A stretch of DNA of 64,000 bases from Mytilus edulis (Eukaryota). The notes beneath the pieces are model-generated. The model ran no database searches and had not been told where the DNA came from. It saw only the letters and a list, made by a program, of their open reading frames with translations. The stretch is taken from positions 14,632,001 through 14,696,000 of the forward strand of contig NC_092351.1 of the NCBI RefSeq assembly GCF_963676685.1, in the 5' to 3' direction. The position numbers and the translations under genes are program-made. Each line of letters opens with the position of its first letter. Position 1 is the first letter of the stretch. Below are positions 1 through 11,392 of the stretch, piece by piece.

Positions 1-873
1 GATACCAAAGGGACAGTCAAATTCATAAATCTAAATTAACCGACAACGCCATGGCTAAAAATGAAAAAAGACAAACAGGCAAACAATAGTACACATGACA
101 CAACATAGAAAACTAAAGAATAAACAACACGAACCCCACCAAAAACTAGGGGTGATCTTAGGTGCTCCGGTAGGGTAAACAGATCCTGCTCCACATGTGG
201 CACCCGTCGTGTTGCTTATGTGATAACAAATCCGGTAAATAGTCTAATTCGGTAGGTCACATTCAAGAAAGGGAAGGGGTTTGAAGTTACGACGTAAGGA
301 ACATATCCGATATCATTTGTGAAACGGTTATTCCATAACGGTCAACCAACTCGTGATGGCGTCCGTAAAATTTACGAAGGGATGATTTCAACTTCACCAT
401 TTGGAACTCTTGGTTTAATAGCTTCCTTGTGAGCAGCAAACCTTTATCAAGAAAATCATGATAGGAAATGCAAGCACGGAAATATTGAATCAATTGGGAC
501 ATATATACCCCGTATGCAGGTGCTGCTGGAATGTTGCTACTTAGAAATGGAAAGTTCACAATTGGAAAGCCGAAATCATTTCTTTTGTCGAAAAGTTTTG
601 TTTTCAACCGACCCTCATTGTCAATTTCTAGATGTAAGTCAAGATATGAGGCCGACTTAACTGTATCTGTAGTATCCTTTATCTCTAGTTCGATGGAATA
701 GATGCGTTCCACATAGTCACCAAATTTTGAATTATTTATTGAAAGAACATCATCTATATAGCGGAAAGTAGAGTTAAAGGATATAGCTAACTTCTTGTCT
801 TTCTTCCTAAGAAGTTCCTGCATGAAGTCAGCCTCATTATAATAAAGAAACAAGTCGGCAAGTAGAGAGGCAC
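1..873 (-). mobile_element. Penelope-like retroelement (Naiad-like), 5'-truncated: RT C-terminal half plus 3' pLTR/UTR
   Basis: ORF 287-1018 contains LLADLFL...FRYIDDVLSINN...ASYLDL...KTKLFDKRNDF, a PLE-type RT core and thumb. Homology to the second copy (45437-46395) stops at about 873, so the ORF N-terminus is read-through into unrelated DNA. No C-terminal GIY-YIG follows the RT, which fits N-terminal-EN (Naiad) PLEs. Confidence 0.85.
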
Positions 874-1093
874 GGATGTGATGAATACCTAACGGCTTTT
901 GTATAAATGGCAGCAAGTCATTAATAGAGACACCATGCAGAGAAGGTGATGTATAATGACGATGACCATGACTGCGTCTACGTCGAGGAGTCGAGTTGAA
1001 AATATTCATCACATTCACAGAGTTACACGAAGTTGGTTGTTGTCTGTTATATATTGCTATTTTTTGGGTTTAATTTTAATCTATATTTGGCCC

Positions 1094-4000
1094 AACAACA
1101 AAATCTGAATGAGGTTGAAAAACTAAAAAATGATAATATATAAATATTACGAACAAAAAGCAGAAGCAGCACGCATAAGATCAAAATTAAATTGGTATGA
1201 AAAAGGTGAAAAATCCACAAATTATTTTTTCAGATTAGAACAAAAACGAGGAAAAGAAAAACTATGGTCAAAAATAAAAGCCGAAATTGGCACATACAAA
1301 AATAATATTAATGAAATCTTAGGTGAACAATTAAAATATTATGAGAAACTTTTTACCTCGAGTGATTGTAACAGAGAGGCTGGGGAAAAATTACTATATA
1401 ATGTAAATAAAACTCTATCTGAAGCAGAAAAACGGTTATGTGATAGTGAAATTACAAAAGATGAAATTTTCAAAGCAATTAAATTAATGAAAAGGAATAA
1501 ATCACCAGGGGAAGATGGCATAACTGCAGAATTTTATCAGGAATATTGGTTTTGGATACAGGATGAGCTTACGCAAATATTAAAAGAAACCTTTTTTTGA
1601 TAAAACACTTTCCAAATCGCAGAGAATTGGAATGATAAGTCTATTATATAAAAGTGGGGAGAGGGAGGATATTCAAAACCGGCGACCTATAACATTATTA
1701 AATGTAGACTATAAAATTTGCTCAAAAATTCTAGCTGAACGTTTAAAAATAGTTTTACCATCTATTATAGAAACAGATCAAAAAGGGTTTGTTAAGGGCA
1801 GAAATATTTTTGATTCTAATAGAATGCTGCAAGATATTTTCGATTTTATAGATATGGAAGACGAAGAAGGATCAATCCTTTTTCTTGATCAAACAAAAGC
1901 TTTTGACTATGCAGAATAGGAATGGTTAGATGCATGTTTAGAAAAATTTCAATTTGGGGGAAATTTTCGGGAATGGGTTAAAATGTTACTAAAAAATGCT
2001 AAAACTTGTTTAATGACTAACGGTTTTCAATCAAGATACGTCCCAATTTCTAGATCAATCCGTCAGGGCTGTCCAATATCGCCGATGCTATACATTTTAC
2101 AAGCAGAGCCGATGGCAGCTTCAATTAGGGCTAATCCGAAAATTCAAGGAATAAATTTACCCCACCCTAACATAGAAAATGAAAAGAAAGAGGTTAAGAT
2201 CAACATGTTTGCAGACGATACACAATTTTTTAATAGAACAGAGGAATCAATCGAGGAAACATTCAAGGTTTTAGAAATATACGAGAAAGCATCGGGTGCT
2301 AAGATAAATTATGATATGACTGTAGGGGTATATTTGGGTCGTTGAAAAAATAAAACACCAAAATGTAAAAAAATTAGGTGTTCAAGAGAACCAATTAAAG
2401 CATTGGGAGTCATGCATGGATACAGTGTTGATATAGAAGCTATATGGTTAGAAAAAATAAAGAAGATTAAGGCGTGTCTTGAGGTTTGGAAATCTCGTGA
2501 CCTAACATTGAAGGGCAGGGTTTTAATATTATAATCATTGATTATATCTAAAATAGGGTTCGAAATCGAAATGCGAGGTATACCTGAAAAATATAAAAAA
2601 GAAATAAACAATGTCATGTGGAATTTTATATGGGAGGGAAAAGTAAATTTAATTAAAAGGGACGTGTGTTACTTACCGGTAGAGGAAGGGGGGATTGGTA
2701 TGATCAATATAGACTCGTTCATTAAATCCAAACAAATCAAAAGTATGCAAAAGATTTTAAGATCAAAAACCGATAACTGGAATACAAAAGCCAAATGGAG
2801 GCTACAGAAGTTTGATATCAAATATAATTGTGATAATTTTTTAGCAAAGTGTTCGGACTTACGAGGATTACAAATGGAAAATTTTCCAAAATACTATCTT
2901 GAGTTAATTAAAACGTGGTCAAAATTTTTAAGTATACAAAGTCCAATAGATTAAAACGATATCCTAAACCAACAACTTTTTGGAAACATAAAAATTCAAT
3001 ACAACAAAACACCTATTTTTTTCGCTAACTTCGAAAAAGGGGAATTCATACAATAAAAGATATTTGGGATGAAGAAACGAAAAATATCAAAAGCGACAAC
3101 TTTATATACAATACTCTTAAAGATAAGAGAAACTGGATCTCGGAATGGACAAGGCTGAAATTAGCTATTCCAAAATTGTTCAAGGACAGACTAAAAAACG
3201 TCCACGTTGATCCAGAACCCCCAAAAATGGTTATTACATTAAAAATACATTTGGATTTTACGATAAACAGAATAAAGTAGTTATCCCAAGTGAGATATCT
3301 TTGAAATTAATCCAATATTCGTTAAATTTAGATATAGTTCCAAACTGTCAAATAAAATGGAATATTCAGTATAATTCGGAATTACCGTGGAAAAAGATCT
3401 GGATAAATTTAAATAAAAGTATGTCCTCTAGGAAAGCAAATCAAATTAGCTGGAAAATTGTTCATAACATTATCTATACGGAGCAAAAACTATTTAGAAT
3501 CGGCAAATCAAATAATGGCAAATGCCATTTTTGTAAAACAGAAAACGAAACTCTCACACACCTTTTTCACAGCTGTACATGTAACATTATAATGGTTGTT
3601 TGGGAACACATTTTTGATGCGCTTAAAACATATAATGTACTTAATAACACTGTATATATTCCATTGAGCGAAGAACTTATCAAACTAGGAATGTACGATT
3701 ACAACAAAAAGTACAATGTCATAACTAATACGATTATGAATACAGTTAAATGTATTATTTGGAAATGTAGGAATATAATCAAATATCAGTCTAAAAGTTT
3801 TACTTATAGTCAATTGATAGCATATGCAAAACGGGAACTGAGCAGTTTAATTGAATCTATGGACAAATCATTATCATCTAAAAAAGAAAATTTTGCAGCT
3901 AAAATAAAACTTATAATAAATCTTATACATTAGTAAGTGACGTAAAAATTTGTACTTACTTTCCTTTCCTTTTTAGAACATAATACATCCAACTATAGAA

Positions 4001-4431
4001 ATATACAATACACGCATTTACAAGGTCGAGCATGTGACCTATAAAATCACTGACCGACACATAACAATGAAATCCAGGTGTTAAAAGTACAAAAAATGAA
4101 ATGTCAATTATATAAGTAAAGGTAAATTATTGTGTAGATTGTAGTGTGTTTTGGGGGACTTTTGATGTGTTTTATTTACTGGTAGAATATTGTGAATAAT
4201 TTATACGCAAACTCAATCTGTGTAATTAATATGAATGTATAACTTATGTATGGAAAAAATATAAAATAGATTTTTTTGTTATAATAGAGTCCACCGTTTA
4301 TCCCTGGACGTTGGATCATTGTAAACACAGGGCCCCTTGTGTATTCTTCCCTGGGTTATACAAGGAAAATTGTATTCAGGTGATTTTCAATAAATGAATT
4401 TCAAGTCTTAAAAAAAAAAAAAAAATATATA
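1094..4431 (+). mobile_element. L1/Tx1-clade non-LTR retrotransposon, 5'-truncated and inactivated
   Basis: ORF2 fragments 1130-3933 contain KSPGEDG, RPITLLNVDYKI, IRQGCPISP, FADD and a C-terminal CHFC...HLFHSC zinc knuckle, broken by stops and frameshifts. AATAAA at 4389, poly(A) at 4410-4425, and a 12-bp TSD TATATTTGGCCC at 1082-1093 and 4432-4443. Confidence 0.93.
1130..3933 (+). pseudogene. Disrupted LINE ORF2 (reverse transcriptase plus zf-RVT)
   Basis: Five collinear ORF pieces (1130, 1632, 1983, 2538, 3301) carry successive non-LTR RT motifs, separated by in-frame stops or frameshifts. Confidence 0.9.
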
Positions 4432-4789
4432 TATATTTGGCCCTTGTTTTTTGTTAAATTCTTTTATATTTTAACCATCATGGCCTTTACTTATCTTACT
4501 GTACGATACGGGTTTTACCCATTTTTGATATCCCTGAATTCTAACTCTGTTGGATAGCTCTCTCGATGTCAAGTATGCCACATCTCCTTTATTTTTTTTT
4601 TGGCGAAGTGTCAGCTAACTCTTTAATCTCTAAAAATATAACCGGTATATTGATATCTTTGGGTATCACGTCTGTAGACAGGTCATATGCCATTGAGATT
4701 TGTTTTGTTTTGTGTTATTCCGTTTTTAATCTAAAGATGTCATACTACCAAGTTCTCCAATTAAAACATTTAACGACATGTTTTCTGAC

Positions 4790-5300
4790 TAATAGTGTTT
4801 TTTGCATTTTAAAATGATCAATTGAAATGCACCGAATCTTACTTCTATCTTTACTGTTTAAGATTAATTTATTTAAGTCATAGCAGGAGATTGATTGACA
4901 GACGCAATTGAGAAAATTCAGCTTATTAGCTTATTAGTACATGTCCTTTAATCGTACATGTTTGATGTGTGAGCAGTATAATTTCAATGCTTCTAAGGCT
5001 GATGTTTTGAATATTAATTCTTGTTGCAGGAAACCTTTCGAGACAAAATTAATTTGAAAAGATTTTATTAATACATTTGTTTTCTTCTAATTTGAATTGG
5101 CTGCGACTTTTAAAAATCAGTCAGATTTAATTTATATATATATATTGGTCGAGATAAGACGTGCGATCTACAGAACGCAAATGTAAGGACGATGATAGTG
5201 TTATTGATACTACTGAAAGGTAAGTAAAATATAGAAGTAATGCTTGCTTTATATTTTATTAAATCATAATGCTACTCTTAATCTAAAAAATAAAAGAAAA
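4790..5300 (+). promoter_or_regulatory. Duplicated promoter plus first-exon block (paralogous to 10965-11490)
   Basis: Collinear similarity over ~500 bp, including GATCAATT(G/A)AAATGCAC, GGCTG(A/C)TGTTTTGAA, a (TA)n/TATA-like run and the exon ending TTATTGATACTACTGAAAG|GT. Confidence 0.7.
5192..5219 (+). CDS. Putative alternative or orphan signal-peptide first exon (MIVLLILLK-)
   Basis: ATG, hydrophobic codons and a strong phase-1 donor AG|GTAAGT. It is a near-copy of 11341-11392 but has lost the upstream ATG. Confidence 0.4.
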
Positions 5301-5772
5301 TGCGTTAAATTTTGTAATTGTTTAATTCGAAGTAAAAATATCCAACACAAAAACGTAATCTTATGTTCGGAATAATTATTGTGTGTGAATAATGAAATTA
5401 TTTTACAATTGATTATCAAAATTTTACGGATTTGTTATACATCCAATACTATTTTATCTATCTATCATTATTTTGTCTAAGTTATTTATTGTGCTACCTT
5501 TATTTTTTACATAAATGTTTTACTTTATAACTGTTATACAATGTACTCAATATACTCGATATACTTCATTTCAATCGTCTCTATGTTTTTTTTTTTATAT
5601 AAACGGGAAATGGGTGGTTTGATAAGTCTAGATTTGACTATTTGTACCCATAGGCCGTAGGAGTTTGTGATAAAATTAGGCGACAGTAGTTTATTTACAT
5701 TAAAATTCTGTACACCATTAAGAAGAGACAATCAAAAGTAACAAACAAATAAAAAAAGATGGCATGAAACCA

Positions 5773-5960
5773 AAATAGTGATCTCACAAAAATACTGAAC
5801 TCCGAGGAAAAATCAAAACGGAAAGTCCTTACTCAAATGGCAAAGTCAAATGATAAAACACATCAAACGAACTGACAACAACTGTCATATTCCTGGCTTG
5901 CTTCGTACAGGCATTTCAAATGTAGAAAATGGTGGATTGAACCTGGTTTTACAGCACTGA
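5773..5960 (-). repeat. Interspersed repeat family C (other copies 24700-25090, 30925-31190, 39179-39535, 39638-39768)
   Basis: Recurrent AAAAGTAAAATCACAAAAATACTGAACTCCGAGGAAAA...CAACTGTCATATTCCTGACTTGGTACAGGC. Confidence 0.8.
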
Positions 5961-6782
5961 ACCTTTTATTGTTGGAGGTATTTTCTGACTAAAATCGATA
6001 ATGTTTGTAATGAGATGAAGATTTGTTTCTACAGTATTTCTCCAGGATAATTGTTCATACTCATTTTAATTAGACCTGTTACGAAAAGGTATATTCTCGA
6101 CGCTGAGGTTGACAAATTAGACTTTAAATTTGGGGACGGAATCAAAACATTGATTAAATATTTAAAAAGGTAAAATTTAAATCCTGTGCGTCTTGGTAAA
6201 TTTAAATCGCATTTATCTAGAACATCATAATGTAAAATCCTAGATGATAATTGCTTTTGTGATATCATTGCTGGCTATCATTATACATGACAGATGTATG
6301 CGAAGTTGTCAAACTCAGCGTCGTGACTATACCTTTTGGTAACATGTCTAAAACAAAACTGAGGTTTAGAATCATAAAGTGTTCACATAGTTGAGGTGTA
6401 TAGATGAATATTGTCAGTTCAATGACAAACAGAGGAAATAAGTCTGTACTTTTAGTATGATTACACAAACGGTATATAGCTTATCAGATGCATCATATTA
6501 AAAATCGTTTAGGTACTTGCAATGCCAGTATAACAACTGCTATGGACAGAATTAAAACTTTACTATAGTGTATAGTGCTTAGAACTGTCTCGCAATTTTA
6601 CTTCTTTTTAAATATGTTCAGAGAAAAAGAACTGTGTTTGAACAAACCTTGTATGGTTTTATGATGACTGAGGTCTTAGGAATATGTTTTATTATGGAAA
6701 CAAAATCTTTCTTTATCAGTAAATTTTTTATTTTTTTTTATTTAATGTCTTTTACTTTTTACCTGCATTAACCTTTATTTTT

Positions 6783-6868
6783 GGCGCAAATGAAATATGG
6801 TTTGTGGCGCAAATGAAATATTGTAACGGCGCAAATGAAATGCCAATTGGCGCAAAAGCAAAGCACCG
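6783..6868. repeat. Four short GGCGCAAA(TGAAA) repeats, probably the subterminal array of a decayed MITE
   Basis: Motif repeated about every 21-23 nt with short variable linkers. Confidence 0.6.
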
Positions 6869-7189
6869 GACGATAGATAAACGAAGATAGTGTTCTGCTT
6901 TAGTGATTTACCATACAAAAAGGCGGACACTTTAAAGATTAAAAGGGTTAAACATCAGTTTGATTTCGTTTTATGGGGGCGTGGCTTATTAGTTTGACTC
7001 AGCTTTACCAGATCTAAAACAAGCTTTAATGACTGCAAGGGAATCTATTTGACTGGTATTGAAATAATTTGATTGAAATGCATTAAAAATAACTTTCAAT
7101 TTTTGTCAATCGTTATCTTATAATAATCAATCTTTTTTAAATGCCGTTAATACCTTTTTGTCCGTTCAAGCCTAATTCGGGTTACTAGT

Positions 7190-7528
7190 GATTGTGCGTT
7201 TGTTTTTTTACATTGGCTAAAGGTAAAGGGGAGGGTTGAGATCTAAAAAAAAACGTGTTTACCCCGCCGCATTTTTGCACCTGTCCTGAGTCCTGAGCCT
7301 CTGGCCTTTGTTAGTCTTGTATGATTTTTAATTTTAGTTTCTGATGTATAACTCAGAGTTAAGTATGACGTCCATTATCACTGAACTAGTATCCATATTT
7401 GTTCAGGGGCCAGCTGAAGGACGCATTTCTCGCTGCATTGACGACCCATTGGTTGCCTTCTGCTGTTGTATGCTCTATGGTCGGGTTGTTGTCTCTTTGA
7501 CACGTTTCCCATTTCCATTTTCAATTAT
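7190..7528 (+). repeat. Interspersed repeat family A (copies 19421-19992 +, 55817-56045 -)
   Basis: Shared TTGGCTAAAGGTA.AGGGGAGGGTTGA...GAGCCTCTGGCCTTTGTTAGTCTTGTATG...CTCTATGGTCGGGTTGTT...CCCATTTCC. Confidence 0.8.
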
Positions 7529-8531
7529 ATTTAAATCATGTTCCAGCTACTCACTATCAACTTATTATGAAATAGTTCATTCACAATCACATAAGTCAAA
7601 AGATGGCGTCTCCATCGTTATAACGTGTCACAATAAATTTATTTGTATTTGTAAATCTTATCTTAATCCTCTTCGTGTTTTGACGCACATAAGGCCGACA
7701 CTTGCTCTCTCCATATTCCTCTGTCTTGTGCTTTCTTCTCTACTTTATTAAGCTGAAATTTTTTTTTATTTGAACTTAATTTAAAGTTGCGAAACAAATA
7801 AGATACTAAAATATATAATACTGTTTATATAAAAAAGATGTTCTAAAGATACAATAAATTATCCAAAGTCGAAAACAATGACAAAACCATGACAAAATAA
7901 AAGCTGCAGTGTACAAATTACTATAAATAACTTCAGACTAAATAATAGGTACTGCACCAAATACCTAGGTTATCTAAACGTATTAGCTAAATACTTCCAT
8001 TTTTAGCCCCATAATGATGCTTTTGGAATGCCATGTTAAGACGCTAGATACCGAGGGGATTTCTGCTAAGCTGAAACAGTAGGCTAATCTTATTCCACAT
8101 GTAGTCCCTTAATGCTGCTGATGATATGCTATGCAAATTCCCATTTTAAGTGCAATAATTGAGAAAAGAAGACGAAAGTGTGGCTAAAACAACAGGAACA
8201 TCTCCATTATGACAAATGATTTCGCAGAAATTATAACGTCTTCACAGAACAAAATCTTTATCGAAACTACAGAAGTTCAGAAATAAATTCTTAACCATGA
8301 ATTCTCTAATCTTAACATTTGAAAGCAAACAAACTTCAAATCAATAATAACGAGGAGAACATCAATATAGATGAACGTAAATTCCAAAGTCCGGGCTAGA
8401 ATTTTTTTTTTTTTTTTTTTTTTTTGATTAAATGAAGTGACCAGTCGACATGAAAAGAAGCTTTATTGGTTCCATAGCCACGTGAGCATATGAAGACTCT
8501 CTCTTTGTATTTACACTTTTTGAATCAAATA

Positions 8532-8733
8532 CTGTGGATGCATTTATCTTCGTATGTCCAATTTTCGTGCATTAAGGGAAACTCTCATATTCATGGAGAT
8601 TCGTGGTTTTCAGCAAAGTTTGCATACATTCCTTTAGAACATTTGTATTGCGTTGTACATTTAAATTCGTTGTTCGCCTGTAACCACGAAATCCACGAAA
8701 ATTGGTATCCAACGAATATTAATGAATCAACAG
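8532..8733. mobile_element. MITE with TA flanks (Tc1/mariner-type)
   Basis: TA|CTGTGGATGCATTTAT ... ATTAATGAATCAACAG|TA, imperfect TIRs, ~200 bp. Confidence 0.7.
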
Positions 8734-9060
8734 TATGCAAAATATGATCAGATAGAAAATGAAAGACTTATGACTATTGGATAACCAATCATAAAATTGC
8801 GTCGAATGATTGGAGTGATAACCTTGTTTTTATTTCAATTTTACAGATCTCATTCTTAACCAGTCTTGTCTAAAACCGATCGAGTGGACCATTCAGTATA
8901 AATAACCTGAACAAGAAAAGATTGTCTCATAATAAAGAACTTTGACATCTGCAACAGATCAGTGAGTTTCAGTGTAACTGTATTTGTTGATCGGTCAGGT
9001 ATAATACTTGTAACGGTTCTTCTAATAATTATTCTACCTAATGTTTTAACACTAGCTTAA

Positions 9061-9774
9061 GGTAGCACAATACAAAGATTTTTCATCCCCAATCAGACAT
9101 CTTTGAACTGATGTTATTCCACTCATCCTTCTTTAAATTTTGTAAATGAGGTACCAAAAGAAAGAAGAATGATTTATCTTTCAGATTGTGATAATTTCAT
9201 TCTGACATAATTATTACATAATTAATTGTTATGTAATTAGTTGTTATATTGTGATGTCCATACTTGAATGAATTTAGCTTCTTTGTTATTCATAGCATCC
9301 CAAAATATTTTATAGATTCTTACACAACACAATTTGACCTCCAAAACTGTGTCTCAGATTTTACCTATTGTATTTCATTCTCTCATAAATCTTCAATGAA
9401 GTTTGCAACATCAATTAATAAGAAATCACTAAATTCAATGTGGTATAAAATTTGTTCTATTGATGTTTTTGGAATTCTGAGACACAGTTTTGGAGGTCAA
9501 GCTGTGTTGTACAAGAATCTATAAAATATTTGGGGATGCTATGAAGAACAAAGAAGCTAAATTCATCCAAGTGTGGACATCACAATATAGCAACTAATTA
9601 CATAATAATTGATTATGTAATAATTATGTCATAATGAAATTATCCCAATTTTAAAGATTAATCTTTTTTTTTTCTTTTGGTATCTCATTTATGAAATATA
9701 AAGAAGGATGAAATGAATTACATCAGTTTAAAGATGTTTGAATGGTAGTGACAAAATCTTTGTATTGTGCTACC
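9061..9774. mobile_element. Foldback MITE with ~300-bp TIRs and TTAA TSD (Kolobok-type termini)
   Basis: TTAA|GGTAGCACAATACAAAGATTTT ... AAAATCTTTGTATTGTGCTACC|TTAA. Arms ~9061-9362 and ~9472-9774 are reverse complements. Confidence 0.9.
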
Positions 9775-9859
9775 TTAAATTATGAGAAAACGATAGTATT
9801 TGTTATTTGATTGTTGATGTTTTAACGCAACTTGTAAGCGCCACTTACTTTAAACATAT

Positions 9860-10158
9860 TTTTTTATATAGTGGATTGGAAAACAAGTTATTGTAACTTA
9901 TCTCAATACCATTCCACTTTGCAGAGGTGAGTGCTGCGCCATGTAGCGGCATTAGCTTGCTCTTTATCGAAATCTACACGGATCAGCCATTTATCGTCGC
10001 CTTCCGACGGGCAATCAACGTTTCTTAAGACCATACTCGCAAATAGAACCAAGGGAGAGCCAAAAATTCAGTCCCTTAAATTTTCTCCACGGAACAAAGA
10101 TCTATCCAGGAACCTTTGTGATAGTAGTCCGATGCTCTGACGACTACACCTCGGCTCT
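9860..10158 (-). mobile_element. tRNA-derived SINE
   Basis: Reverse complement begins GAGCCGAGGTGTAGTCGTCAGAGCATCGGACTACTATCACAAAGGTTCCTGG, a degenerate A/B-box tRNA head, followed by a GTCGGAAGGCGACGATAAATGG central domain. Confidence 0.6.
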
Positions 10159-10164
10159 TCTTAA

Positions 10165-10733
10165 GGAGGCTCGCGGGTATAAGATTTTCAGAAAAAAATT
10201 AAACAATAATTTTTCATTACAAATTTTATTTATAACCTTAAGTAGTTATTACTTCATCATACAGAATCATTCCAAAAAATCAATTCGTGTTGGCCCCAGG
10301 TGACTTTTAAAATGTAGATATCATTGAAAAAGCTCCAAATTATCTCCCTTTGGTGCAAACATGCCATTTTTTTGCATTAAAATTGAAATATCTTTTTTAA
10401 CTCATCGGTGACCTATATTTTTTACTGTTGTTTTCGAAAAGGCTGTACAAATGTACATAAACTAAATAATTGTAAAATTTAAGCGATTTCTGTAATTAAG
10501 TTCTTTTTTTATTCCGATATTACCACTATTTCTCCTATTAGTTCAACAGAAAAAAAGGACACTAACAAAATTGTATGCTTCTGTCGAAGGCAGATTGTGA
10601 ACGTAAATGAACGGTGACCCCATTGTTTTATTTCATTTTTCTATTAAGTATAAGATAAAGTTCATTTATAGAAAAATATAGAGAAATCCTATATTAAATA
10701 AAATAAAAATTTGATTTAGACCCGCGAGCCTCA
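10165..10733. mobile_element. TTAA MITE (Kolobok-type)
   Basis: TTAA|GGAGGCTCGCGGGT ... ACCCGCGAGCCTCA|TTAA. Confidence 0.85.
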
Positions 10734-11340
10734 TTAAAGCGCCGTTTTGGGGCAAAATCGTTGCGACAGGTTTTTTTTAGTCAATTTTAGATTTAAGTCG
10801 AGTGTACTTGCATGGTCGGGGTTCAAACTCACAACCTAAGTGTTGGCTGGCTATTGATTACAGTAGCTGAAGTACTTACACAACTTGACCATCGAGTTTC
10901 GAATCTTTAATTACTGGGCCAAGTACTTCATTTTAAACATTAAAAGTCATTTTGACTCAGTTTGTATTGCTTTTTGTATAGCATAACGATCAATTAAAAT
11001 GCACTTGATCTTACTACTTTATCATTTATTTAATATTGATTTCTTTGATGCATAGTAGGAGGTCTATGGAAGAAATTGAGTTCAATCGTGCATGGTCCTT
11101 TGTTTATCCTATATATGTTTAATGGGGAAAGTTTGTAAAACTAGCAGAATAATTTCAATGTTTTAAAGGCTGCTGTTTTGAACATCAGACAAATCCTGTT
11201 ACAGAAAAAAATTGTATGACATAATTCATTTGTAATGTTTATCTTATATATAAGGCAAGTTTGTTTGCATTGAATTCAATCCGACTTTTGAAAGTTTCTC
11301 ATATATATATATATATATTGGTGGTAACAGGACGTGTGAT

Positions 11341-11392
11341 ATGCAGAAGACAACAGTAATGACGATGATAATGTTATTGATACTACTGAAAG
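11341..11392 (+). CDS. Gene 1 exon 1 (signal peptide MQKTTVMTMIMLLILLK-)
   Basis: ATG downstream of a TATA-like (TA)n run, a hydrophobic stretch, and a phase-1 donor AG|GTTAGT compatible with the exon at 20153. A micro-exon like that in gene 2 may be missed. Confidence 0.55.

Noticed and set aside
874-1018. N-terminal extension of the 243-aa RT ORF (RRRRSHGHRH)
   Set aside because: It lies outside homology with the second PLE copy, so it is chance read-through past the 5' truncation.
6029-6468. Adjacent minus-strand ORFs of 79 and 67 aa
   Set aside because: No recognisable motif or splice structure.
6783-6868. CRISPR-like short repeats with variable spacers
   Set aside because: Repeats are only 8-13 bp with ~10-bp linkers, the context is eukaryotic and there are no cas genes. 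It is better explained as MITE subterminal repeats.
8846-8998. Exon-like segment (TTTTACAG...CAG|GTATA) between the twin first exons
   Set aside because: It has an in-frame stop in the required phase and no similarity to the paralog exons.
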